Shown here: piece by piece, positions 1 through 12,859 of the stretch | Position numbering within the stretch: the first letter of the stretch is position 1 | Layout of the letters: each line of letters begins with the position of its first letter | The notes under the pieces: model-generated | Seen by the model: only the letters and a program-made list of their open reading frames with translations | What the model was told of the DNA's origin: nothing | Databases searched by the model: none | Made by a program: the position numbers and the translations under genes | Assembly (NCBI GenBank): GCA_964016885.1 | Contig: OZ024743.1 | Span: 203,422,001-203,486,000, forward strand | DNA from: Eledone cirrhosa | Taxonomy: Eukaryota | Reading direction: 5' to 3' | Length of the DNA: 64,000 nt

Positions 1-265
1 CAGAATGTATACAAGAAAATTTCCTTTTGCCTTTCTAGACTTAAAAGAAATTCCGACATTTTAAAATGCACCTAAAAATAAAATATATTAATAATCGGAA
101 ATGAAAGAAAAACATGTCACAATCATATTAATAGTACAAATAAAAAAACAAAAATATATGCTTAAACTAACTAAAAACCTATTTTTATTCGAAACACGAT
201 GTGAATAAAGTTTAATAAAATATATGAACAAACAACTCGGTAAAATATGTTTGTCTGCTTGTAAA

Positions 266-329
<64 letters not shown>

Positions 330-335
330 TACATA

Positions 336-401
<66 letters not shown>

Positions 402-1055
402 TACGTACATGAATGTGTATATATATATATATGTATATTTATTTATTTATTTATGTATATATATATATACATATTTAATATATATATATACATAGAGAGA
501 GAGGGGAAAGAGAGAAAGAGAGAAGCGCATGTGTTTGTGAGAGAGAGAGAATTAGGGGAGATACAAAGCAAAGATGAAAATACAAATGAAAAGAAATCAA
601 TGCTTCAAAGAAAATAGAATACAGGATTAAAAACGTATTTAAGAATTTTAGTCGCAGCATTTTATAAATTCATTCGTAGATTTTGTGAAATGCTTTAAAA
701 AGAGGATAGAAACTGCCAAAAGATATTTAAGTAAATATGAGAAATGGACACACAATATTGCGATAAGTCAGCCAGAAATACAAGAACACACATAACCATC
801 AACACATTAGGCATAAACCCGCATTAGATGTACATACAGACATATGCACATATACAAGGATTTCTTTCTATAACTTTACAATTGAATACATGAATTCTAT
901 ACTTTCGTTATCTTTATATAAGTTTTTGCACACATTTACATGCCTTGGAGTTAAACGGGTTACTTTTTGTTTAGTATTTGTCTATGTTTATCCCAACCCT
1001 TTGTATATTTGTTTATATATATATATATATATACATACATACATACATACATACA

Positions 1056-1212
<157 letters not shown>

Positions 1213-1268
1213 CATATTTATATATATATAGATATTTATATATATAGATATTTATATATATACATATT

Positions 1269-1388
<120 letters not shown>

Positions 1389-1566
1389 GTATATATATAT
1401 ATGTTGTTATACTTTGGGAGGGTCATGTTGCCAATAAGAAACACACGCAACAGTTGCTTTCACTTCAATTTATTATATATTTATAAATTTATAAATTTAC
1501 AAACCTACAAACTTATAAATTTCTGGTTGGTTGGTTGGTTCCACAACCAGATGGTTGTTTATATAT

Positions 1567-1611
1567 AGTCATAGTCCTTTCGTCACACACTCTGTGACCT
1601 CTTCAGTGACT
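1567..1611 (-). ncRNA. minimal type-I hammerhead ribozyme (PLE 3' repeat)
   Basis: minus strand reads AGTCA-CTGAAGA-G-GTCACA(GAGTG)TGTGAC-GAAA-GGAC-TA-TGACT: stem I AGTCA/TGACT, intact core, very short stem III. Confidence 0.8.
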
Positions 1612-1910
1612 GGGGATTCCTTTCTTTGTTTCTGTGCCTTTCCTTTCTTCTATCCTACGCCATTTTGTTTCTGTGTGTGTGTTGTGTGTTCAGTTTGCGC
1701 ATGCGCCACATCCGGGTGTCTGTGTGTGTTTGTGTTCATTTATCTATTTGTTTATTTATTTATTTATTTATTGTTGGTTGGTTGTTTGTTCTATGTGTGT
1801 GTGTTTTCATTTTGTCCTGTGTGTGTTTTCATTTTGTCCTTAATTGTAAGTTGTTTGTTCTATGTGTGTGTGTGTTTTCATTTTGTCCTGTGTGTGTTTT
1901 CATTTTGTCC

Positions 1911-4900
1911 TTAATTGTAAGTTGTGATGTTGCTGTTCCACTCATATTTTCTATTTAATTTTGGTTGTAATTCTTTTATGCTTACGGCCTCTGTAATTTG
2001 CCTAAATATTGCATCTTTTCTGTGTGTGGATTCTATTTTTATTTCTATGTTCTCTAATCTACCCCTGTGTTCTATCTTAGCATGTTGGTAGAGCACAGAT
2101 GATTCTTTATTATCTTGAAGGTCTCGCAAGTGTTCATTTATTCGTTCCCCTATACTACGAGCTGTCTCACCTATGTACACTATATTTTTGTTTCTACATT
2201 GTCCTTCAGTACATCTTATGCTATACACTACATTTCTAGTTTTACAGTTAATATGGGGGCTTATTTTACAGGTTATACATTTCTTATCTATACATGAGGG
2301 TCTTTGGAACGGGTATGTCTTGCTAATAAGTGTTTTTACGGAGGTACCTGGTCTTTCTACTATCTTAATATTGAGTTTATGTTTATTTAGGGCCCTTCTA
2401 AATATGTAGGCTAGTTCGCCTCTAGGGGTTGTATTGATGAACATTACACTCTGGTATTTATTGCTATCATACCATGAGTTTATTCTATTGGCCTTGTTCC
2501 TAGTTCTTTCTATTCTATTCCAAAATTTGCTCCTATACAAGGGGCAGGTCCCATTTATGTCATTATTTACCATTTTTTTCCATTTGGTTCTGGCTCCTCT
2601 ATACACTCTGACTCTATCTCTCTGATTGTAGCCAGAGAACTGCATACGGTGGATGAAGTGTTGTATGTGTCTCTCTAGTTCTTCGGGGTTGCACATGCGG
2701 GACACATTTCTCATCACCCGTACCAAATCCGCAATCAGTATGTTGATTTTGGTATGGTCCGAAATGGCCGAGTTTCGGTGGATCAGATGTTTGGAAGTCA
2801 TGGGTTTGGCATAATGGGAATGGAGTATTTGTTTTTGGTTGTTAATGGTATCTAACCAGAGCTCTGTGTCTAGTACAGGTAATCGATGGTTGGGGTGTCT
2901 ACTTGGGTAGTCTATAGTAACTCTAATGCTCTGGTGGATGGAGTTTGCTATTTGCTGGATGCTTTCCATTGTGTTTTTCTCTAGTTCCTGACTGTTCTTT
3001 AGTGGGGGTGTCTTAACTACGATGTTTATATCATCTACGTAGCGGGAGTACATAATCAGGGTTAAGCTGTCTTCTAATTGTTCTTTAAGTTTTTGTTTAA
3101 GTCTACTGTCCCACCATACCATGAATAAGTTAGCTATGTCGCCTGCAATGCAACACCAATGGCTGCTCCTTCCTCTTGGGCATATGTTTTACCATTAAAT
3201 TTGAACATATGTTCCTTAAGGGTTAATTTTATGCTGGCCCCTACCGCATGTGCAATCATTTTCTTCAGTTCATCGTGGTTTTCGGGTGTCCGTGTGGCTC
3301 TGGTCCACCCGTTCCATCTATCTGTGTGGGTTTTCTTGGCCATTGAGGTAATGGTAGGTGCTCTGCCTCTTGCTGGTCTTGTAGGGCACAGGTTGCTAAG
3401 GTCATAAGTGTCTAGGTAACTATTACTATGGGTAAGCTTAAGTAGAAGTCCCAGCTCACTGGTATCAATCCCACGGAACTCAACCTTGCTCTCGCTGATC
3501 ATTTCTACGCATTTCTCCACAGCAAAATCCACGTCAATAGATGGATACAGGGACACAACATCCATACTGCCTATTATGCATTTTGTTAGGTCCCCAGATC
3601 GGTTACCCGCGCCGATTCTGCTGAGGAGGTCCTCCGTGCTGTCACATACATCTGGGGACATCTCAATGATGGGGCGTATGATCAGGGAGAGGAAGTAGGA
3701 CAGTCTTTAGTTACTAGCAATGTTAGCTCCACAGACTGGCCGTGTTGGTGGTCCCGCGACAGGGTCCCAGCCCGTTTTATGGTCTTTTCGAAGCCCATAC
3801 AACGCCGGCACGTCATTGTTCCAGGCCTGGAAGTTGTTGACAGTCCTTTTGTTGGGCTGCATTATATTCGTCCACATCACCATATGGGCATTGAGGGCTT
3901 TTTCTGTATCCTCATGCTTCTGTGGTGTTACCTCTCTTGTGTTAGTGATGTGGGGTTGCATTGCCTGGATGTAGTTTGGCAGGCTGTCAACCGACATTCT
4001 GCCAGACTTGTCTGTTGGAAAGCATGCTATCTCTCCATTACGCGAGCGCTGCATGAGCTTACGCAAGCCATTTGCAAATTTTTCTCCCAGTTGCTGGGCC
4101 TCTATTCTATTATGCTTCTTGCTATACTGTTCTATAATATTTCTAAGTTCGGATTTGACTATACTAAATTGTGCTTCTGTTTGTTCATCGACCTGCGACG
4201 GCATCTGCGTGCGTTTGTTAAATGGTAAAGTCGTGGCGTGGACTCGTCGCAGGTCGAATGATTTATCGGAGGGATTATAAAACGGAGAGTTCCAGGCTGC
4301 TGCTTTATGTGTACTAGTGCTATTGTTATTGTTAGTTGTGTTGTTTCTATTTCTATTTCCACCAACAGCCTCATGGTTGTTTCTATGTCTCTCATAATTA
4401 CTCCTGTCTCTTTCCACTGGCTCAATGTTGTTATCTACCCTATTTTGTGTGTCTGTGTGTTCGTCTTGGTTATTCTCTTTGTCCTTAGTCTCCCATCTCC
4501 TTTTCCTTTTAATCCTATTACTTTCCCTTATTTCTCTGATTTCTGTGCTACTGTCATTACTTGTTTTCTGTGTCTGTGTGTTTGTTAAGATTGTGGTGGT
4601 GGTGAGAGGCATTGAATGCGTGTGTGTTGTTGTTGTTGATGTGTGCTGTTGTTGATGTGTGCTGTTGTTGATGTGTGTTGTTGTTGTCTCCGTGTGTGTT
4701 ATCGTTGTTGTGTGTGTTGTTATTGTTGTTTGTGTCTGCGTGTCTGTTGTTGTTGTATCTGGGTATGTTGCTATTGTTGCTGTTGTTGATGTGTGTGTTG
4801 TTGTTATTGTTGTTTGTGTCTGTGTGTCTGTTGTTGTTGGGATGTGTGTTGTATATGTGTGTGCGTATATTGTTGCTTTTGTTTTTGATGCTCCAGCGTA

Positions 4901-5105
4901 GTTTTGTAAATGATTTTTCTATTTCTGACAGACAACTAATCATATTTACCTTCTTGAATGTCGCAAATTTGGACGGCAGACATAACACAGACATTTCATT
5001 ATTATCTATTTCCGTGTTCCCATAAATGTTGGTATTTTTGTTGTTGAACTCTTCTGATAATGAGGTGTCGGCCATGTTGATACCGTCAATTTTGTCGGGA
5101 TATCT
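1911..5105 (-). pseudogene. PLE reverse transcriptase + C-terminal GIY-YIG endonuclease (two frameshifts, one in-frame stop)
   Basis: ORFs 4557-5075, 3707-4612, 3134-3661, 1911-3122 join into one protein: DKSG, LYGLRKDHK, PTRPV, SMDVVSLYPSI, RYVDD, CITC, NVVY..C...YIGET.R...R..EH, E...I....P.LN; TAA at 3707-3709 is in frame with the next ORF. Confidence 0.88.
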
Positions 5106-5120
5106 ATACTGATTGCGGAT

Positions 5121-5936
5121 TTGGTACGGGTGATGAGAAATGTGTCCCGCATGTGCAACCCCGAAGAACTAGAGAGACACATACAACACTTCATCCACCG
5201 TATGCAGTTCTCTGGCTACAATCAGAGAGATAGAATCAGAGTGTATAGAGGAGCCAGAACTAAATGGGAAAAAATGGTAAATAATGACATAAATGGGACC
5301 TGCCCCTTGTATAGGAGCAAATTTTGGAATAGAATAGAAAGAACTAGGAACAAGGCCAATAGAATAAACTCATGGTATGATAGCAATAAATACCAGAGTG
5401 TCATGTTCATCAATACAACCCCTAGAGGCGAACTAGCCTACATATTTAGAAGGGCCCTAAATAAACATAAACTCAATATTAAGATAGTAGAAAGACCAGG
5501 TACCTCCGTAAAAACACTTATTAGCAAGACATACCCGTTCCAAAGACCCTCATGTATAGATAAGAAATGTATAACCTGTAAAATAAGCCCCCATATTAAC
5601 TGTAAAACTAGAAATGTAGTGTATAGCATAAGATGTACTGAAGGACAATGTAGAAACAAAAATATAGTGTACATAGGTGAGACAGCTCGTAGTATAGGGG
5701 AACGAATAAATGAACACTGGCGAGACCTTCAAGATAATAAAGAATCATCTGTGCTCTACCAACATGCTAAGATAGAACACAGGGGTAGATTACAGAACAT
5801 AGAAATAAAAATAGAATCCACACACAGAAAAGATGGAATGTTTAGGCAAATTACAGAGGCAGTAAGCATAAAAGAATTACAACCAAAATTAAATAGAAAA
5901 TATGAGTGGAACAGCAACATCACAACTTACAATTAA
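5121..5936 (+). pseudogene. inverted duplicate of the PLE thumb/GIY-YIG 3' part
   Basis: 271-aa ORF nearly identical to the C-terminus of 1911-3122 (a few substitutions, e.g. EHL vs EHW). Confidence 0.88.
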
Positions 5937-6166
5937 GGACAAAATGAAAACACACACAGGACAAAATGAAAACACACACACACATAGAACAAATAACCAA
6001 CCAACAATAAATAAATAAATAAATAAACAAATAGATAAATGAACACAAACACACACAGACACCCGGATGTGGCGCATGCGCAAACTGAACACACAACACA
6101 CACACAGAAACAAAATGGCGTAGGATAGAAGAAAGGAAAGGCACAGAAACAAAGAAAGGAATCCCC

Positions 6167-6211
6167 AGTCACTGAAGAGGTCACAGAGTGTGTGACGAAA
6201 GGACTATGACT
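6167..6211 (+). ncRNA. minimal type-I hammerhead ribozyme
   Basis: AGTCA CTGAAGA G GTCACAGAGTGTGTGAC GAAA GGAC TA TGACT. Confidence 0.8.
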
Positions 6212-6459
6212 ATATATAAACAACTATCTGGTTGTGGAACCAACCAACCAACCAGAAATTTATAAGTTTGTAGATTTGTAAATTTATAAATTTATAAATA
6301 TATAATAAATTGAAGTGAAAGCAACTGTTGCGTGTGTTTCTTATTGGCAACATGACCCTCCCAAAGTATAACAATATCGGTTTCAACACACGATTTCAGA
6401 TAAAGAATCTTGCTAAACAAATTCAGAAACGAAATATATATATATGTATATATATATAT

Positions 6460-7349
<890 letters not shown>

Positions 7350-7350
<1 letters not shown>

Positions 7351-10183
7351 TAAGTTCTATTTAAATTGTGGGGATACAACAAGCAAATATTTTTATAACT
7401 GATATAAAGCACTCCACAATAATTTGGAGTAGATATACGATATTAACAAATGTAAACTATAATTATAAAACCATATTTATTTCATTATACATATTTCAAG
7501 GATACCAAGTTAAATTATGGTATGCCTTCATCAGACAAAATACAATATATACCAGTTTTATAAATAAACATTGACGTACCCTTTCAAAATGCAACCGTTA
7601 CTTTTGGAAGACATCAGGATAGTGGTTTGTTTATTTTAGTAAGTCGTTGTGTTAAGGAGAAGTAAAAAGACGGAGAGAGAGAGAAACGTGGAGAAAAGAA
7701 AGGGAGAGATAAATAAAGAAAAAGAAGAAAGAAAAAAAGAAAAAAAAAAACAGAGCAAAACAACAGAGAGATATCAAACCACCAGAGAGAGAGAAAAAAT
7801 CAAGAGAGAGAAATATAGAGATAGAGAGAGGGGGAGAGAACGAAAATCTTAAGTCATGTCATATTAAGTTGAGCTAACAATTGAGATGAAATGAATAAAT
7901 AAAATTAGAAATAATAATATTCATGAATGGAATATACATATATAATATGAGAAATTAATCATTGTTTAATTATGATTAGATATTTAGTTTAAAAATTGAG
8001 ATAAATATATTAAAAATTGGAATTTAAACATTACGAAATATATATATTGCTAGAGAAATTACCTATCATATAGCACGTACATATAGGCAAAGATACATAA
8101 ATATATATATACACACACACTCAGAAAATACACATTATATCTACTCCCGCATATAATATATACATACAAAGCATAAGTGATTTTTTTTATTACTGCTATA
8201 CATTCCTTGTGTTATTGAATAAAAATTGTTAGTATATATATATAAATATATAGGATTAACTTTCATCCATTTACGGCTGTTAAATTATGCATATCTGCAA
8301 TCAAAACTGCATGGGTAACCATGTACATGTACACACACAATTCTTAGATATACATATATAAATATGTGTGTGCATCTTCACCCAATTGGTAGACACGCGT
8401 CACTCATACATATATATTGACAGACATATACTCATAAAAAAGCATATAACAAATATATATGTAAGTTAATACACATATATACATACATAGTCGTATAGAG
8501 ATAAGTATACATTAATATATTAGATAGTACAATTGAGTATATAAAATACAAAAGGATTATATTTTGGAAATATAATTATATCAATATAACTTAAAAACAA
8601 AAGAATTCTACAAATATCAAAATATTAAAATATTTTAAAATATTATAGAATATTTTAAGTTAAAATAATATGTTTAATACATTTAGTATAGAAATATACG
8701 TAAGATAAATTTCTATACTAAATATATTAAACATATTATTTTAACTTAAAATATTCTATAATATTTAAAAATATTTTAATATTTTGATATCTGTAGAATT
8801 CTTTTTTTTTTTTTTTTTAAGTTATATTGATATAATATTTTATTTATTTTTTATTAGGTTTGTTTTTATTCTGATAGCTTCTCATAATTTTCAAAAGTTT
8901 ATCCTCTCAATATCTTGATTAAAATATACGTAAGATAAATTTCTATACTAAATCTACTAAACATATTATTTTAACTTAAAATATTCTATAATATTTTAAA
9001 ATATTTTAATATTTTGATATTTGTAGAATTCTTTTGTTTCTAAGTTATATAGATATAATTATATTTCCAAAATATAATCCTTTTGTATTTTATATACTCA
9101 ATTGTACTATCTAATATATTAATGTATACTTATCTCTATACGACTATGTATGTATATATGTGTATTAACATACATATACATGTGTTATATGCTTTTTTAT
9201 GAGTATATGTCTGTCTATATATATGCATGAGTGACGCGTGTCTACCAATTGGGTGAAGATGCACACACATATTTATATATGTATATCTAAGAATTGTGTG
9301 TGTACCCATGGGTACCCATGCAGTTTTGATTGCAGATATGCATAATTTAACAGCCATAAATGCATGAAAGTTAATCCTATATATTTATATGTATATACTA
9401 AACATTTTTATTTAATAACACAAGGAATGTATAGCAGTAATAAAAAATTCACTTATGCTTTGTATGTATATATTATATGCGGGAGTAGATATAATGTGTA
9501 TTTTCTGAGTGTGTGTGTATATATATATTTATGTATCTTTGCCTATATGTACGTGCTATATGATAGGTAATTTCTCTAGCAATATATATATTTCGTAATG
9601 TTTAAATTCCAATTTTTAATATATTGATCTCAATTTTTAAACTAAATATCTAATCATAATTAAACAATGATTAATTTCTCATATTATATATGTATATTCC
9701 ATTCATGAATATTAATATTTCTAATTTTATTTATTCATTTCATCTCAATTGTTAACTCAACTTAATATGACATGACTTAAGGTTTTCGTTCTCTCCCCCT
9801 CTCTCTATCTCTATATTTCTCTCTCTTGATTTTTTCTCTCTGTCTGGTGGTTTGATATCTCTCTGTTGTTTTTCCTCTGTTTTCTTTTTTCTTTCTTCTT
9901 TTTCTTTATTTATCTCTCTCTTTCTTTTCTCCACGTTTCTCTCTCTCTCCGTCTTTTTACTTCTCCTTAACACAACGACTTACTAAAATAAATAAACCAC
10001 TATCCTGATGTCTTCCAAAAGTAACGGTTGCTTTTTGAAAGGGTACGTCAGTGTTTATTTATAAAACTGGTATATATTGTATTTTGTCTGATGAAGGCAT
10101 ACCATAATTTAACTTGGTATCCTTGAAATATGTATAATGAAATAAATATGGTTTTATAAATATAGTTTCCATTTGTTAATATC

Positions 10184-10189
<6 letters not shown>
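7350..10189. mobile_element. 2.8-kb non-coding fold-back with ~1.25-kb arms (PLE 3' UTR-derived, family 5)
   Basis: 7433-8695 is the reverse complement of ~8939-10189; ~85-nt tail on the left only; hammerhead motifs near the outer ends; (TA)n flanks. Confidence 0.8.
10078..10143 (+). ncRNA. type-I hammerhead (inverted twin ~7480-7545); degenerate second motif at ~9998-10053
   Basis: CTGATGA-AGG-C-ATACCA(TAATTTAACT)TGGTAT-CCTT-GAAA-TATG-TA; upstream motif CACT..CTGATGT...GAAA.GGTAC-GTC-AGTG. Confidence 0.6.
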
Positions 10190-10250
<61 letters not shown>

Positions 10251-10665
10251 TATACATATATAGTAATAAATAGCTCGAAGGTCATATGCAGTGGTATTTA
10301 GTTTATTTTTATCACCATATCACATATATTGCTAAGGTCTACGCCAAGATAGTTTTCATCCTACCAATTCCAATAGACTGAGCTCTTCAGATGGTATAAA
10401 AAAAACAACTTTAAAACGATTTCGCCCAACTGGAAAATCTTTAAAATATTTTTAAAACTTCTCCAAAAATTTTTTTTAATTTCCCCGAAATTTTTTTTGT
10501 GGTTTCGAGTCACAAGGGACGACATAATATGTTGATGTTGTTTCTATGCCAGCCGCCTCTATATGACCCCTAACGCTGTGGAAGTGTGGGTCTGTTCTTT
10601 TCCCTCATCATTACCGTCAAATGTCATAGACTGATGTCGTAATTACTTGTCCACAGAAATACATT

Positions 10666-10946
10666 GTCGATAAAATAAAATACCAGAAAAGCACTCTGGT
10701 CGATTTAATTGACTTTCCCCTCTCCGAAAGATCATTGCCCTTGAGCCTAAATCGGAAACCATTATTATAAGAGGAAAGTCGATTAATTCGACCCCAGTGC
10801 GTGACTGGTACTTTATATTATCGACCCTGAAAGGATGGAAGGCAAAGTTAACCTCGGCAGGATTTGAACTCAGACCGTAAAGGGCCGTAACTCTATGATG
10901 TAATGCATGCTGTCTGACTCTCTACCGATACTGCCAATCCACCGCC
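10666..10946 (-). mobile_element. tRNA-derived SINE, family S1 (octopus OR-like): minus copy 10771-10946 plus a plus-strand 3' fragment 10666-10762
   Basis: head GGCGGTGGATTGGCAGTATCGGTAG (A box), GTTCAAATCC (B box), CTTTGCCTTTCATCC..GGGTCGATAA..AAGTACCAG body; more than 10 copies in the window. Confidence 0.85.
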
Positions 10947-11262
10947 ATAATAATAATAACGATAACAATAATAATAATTGCAACTTTCATTGGTCAGAGG
11001 GGCCAAAGTCGTTAAGGGCAATATAAGGGCGAATTAGAGCAAACAAAATCGTGATTAATAATATTGTTGTTCATCTAACTATTATTGTTGAATTACACGT
11101 GAAATGGAAAGGAAATGAGCTGAGCGAGAATTTGGACCAAGGAAACTATGTTTCAATTGTTCTTTCCACTGCTGACATTATCTACCCGTAACAACACATT
11201 AATTGCTTGTAAATGAAATATATTTCTGCGTATATGACGTTTGTTTCAATTTTATTCCACAG

Positions 11263-11328
11263 ATTAATGATGCACGGATCATCATCGGAGGATTCAGAGA
11301 AAATGCTGCCAGAAAAGTTATATGTGAG
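11263..11328 (+). CDS. internal coding exon of a GABA-B receptor-like class C GPCR (Venus-flytrap ligand-binding domain)
   Basis: acceptor tttcaattttattccacAG, donor GAG|GTGAGT, 66 nt, phase 0/0, encodes INDARIIIGGFRENAARKVICE; resembles GABBR1 [22 protein letters not shown] and GABBR2 [22 protein letters not shown] as recalled; not in the ORF track. Confidence 0.85.
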
Positions 11329-11829
11329 GTGAGTTAAACGATTATTTAAACCTTGGAACTTGACCAAATCAAAGTTGAGCCAGTGGAGAAGCCATGTTGT
11401 ATCTATAAATTTCATTCACATTATACCTTACTGCCGTAACAAGAAATACACATTAGATAATGTAGTTCTAGATACATTGTACCTGAAAATATCACAGGAT
11501 TATAATTGTATCCAGGGTTGGAGTTAGACCTTTGATGGGCGAAGTACTTCAGGTTTGGGAGGCCCCACGTACATAAAAGATTAGAATTCAACTCCACCCC
11601 GCCCCAATTTTATATATCTAAGTTAGCTTGGCGCAAAAAATTGGAATTGAAAAGTCTTACTTAGTTATTAAATTCAAAAATTCTAACCATCCTAAAATAA
11701 AACGCCCAGCTGAAGGCACATATAAATTGCTACGGCCGTCACTGGTGCTCCCCAAACATACACACACTGGAAGGGTCCAGGGAAAATGTGTTACTTTGCC
11801 CCCCATTAAATGAGGCCCTGATTGAAGAA

Positions 11830-12070
11830 TGCAAATCCCTTATTTGGGATGCCACACGCTGTGATACATTCTCCGCGTCCAACTTAGTGGTTCATCAGAG
11901 GAAGGAGATCCGCGAGGTGGGAAGGCTGTTGTATAGGGTGTCACTGGCCATTGCCCACGGGAATGCTTTTGCGGCCTTGTCCGTGGGAGGTAGCCCTGAT
12001 ACCGCCGCGCCTTTGGCCTAGAATCGATCATTCTCTCCATTCTTCTGTAATCCTAGGGCCAAAATAAACA
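11830..12070 (+). mobile_element. CRE-type non-LTR retrotransposon 3' fragment (RLE domain, internally deleted)
   Basis: KSLIWDATRCDTFSAS ... RE...L..RVSLAIAHGNA matches the RLE C-terminus pattern L.WD.T..DT.A.S / QR.S.A.QRGNA; AATAAA follows. Confidence 0.55.
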
Positions 12071-12537
12071 CGGGAAAGCATTTTTTTCGACGCTCTAAAA
12101 ATTCAGCCAATAAATTATTATAATGAATTACTACAATTATTCTTCGTTGCATGATTTTACATGTTCACTGTATTAAGTATGTTAACATTATCTTAATTAT
12201 TTGGCCACTGATGATATTCTATATATTAGGTAAATAGCATTACCTTTCAAACTGTTGAATCTATCACGTTGCAAATACATATTATATGATAATAAATTGC
12301 GTCAATGTGATCGTGCTGCTCATAACTGTCTGCAGCTAGTCTATTTTTTTTAATTGACCACATAATCTTTTGACGTAAATTTGTTAACAATTTCGATCAA
12401 AATGTTTGTATATCGTTAAAAATAAATGTGAGACAACATGGCAACGGTGAATAAAATATAACATATCTTGATCGAGCTATATATATAAAGAAATGTATAT
12501 ACGTTTGTCAAAGTTTCGGTGATAATAGAAATCAATG

Positions 12538-12596
<59 letters not shown>

Positions 12597-12597
<1 letters not shown>

Positions 12598-12774
12598 CTA
12601 AGGCGGGTAAAATTCCCGAGATCCATGGACGAGTTCTTTCCAGCGGTCTCTGTCCCTCATTATCGCTGCCATGTCCTGCGTCTCCAATAGACCAGTGTCT
12701 GTCCTTAGGGCATCAACATACGTTAACCTTGGTCTTCCTCTTCTAGTGTGTCCATGTAGGGGAGCCCCTACATG

Positions 12775-12778
<4 letters not shown>
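12597..12778 (-). mobile_element. 3' tip of an RTE-group LINE (same family as 30566-32460)
   Basis: PLHGHTRRGRPRLTYVDALRTDTGL...DRDRW near-identical to the 30567-30926 ORF end; (TA)n flanks. Confidence 0.85.
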
Positions 12779-12828
<50 letters not shown>

Positions 12829-12859
12829 GAATGAATAATGACAGGTAGACATCATAAAA

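Larger units (their letters stand above)
1403..6434. mobile_element. Penelope-like retroelement (family 1): 5'-truncated minus-strand copy plus inverted 3' copy, in (TA)n
   Basis: 1403-2741 is the reverse complement of ~5106-6374; only the right arm has a ~60-nt tail (6375-6434); RT + GIY-YIG coding; hammerhead in both arms; (TA)n on both flanks. Confidence 0.9.

Noticed and set aside
7433-10189. Palindromes as pure assembly or chimeric-read artefacts
   Set aside because: Long arms differ by substitutions and indels, and the same asymmetric ends recur in independent loci; read-level confirmation is still advisable for the perfect 22397-22525 hairpin.
10771-10946. tRNA genes suggested by A and B boxes
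   Set aside because: No cloverleaf; the boxes are heads of multi-copy SINEs.
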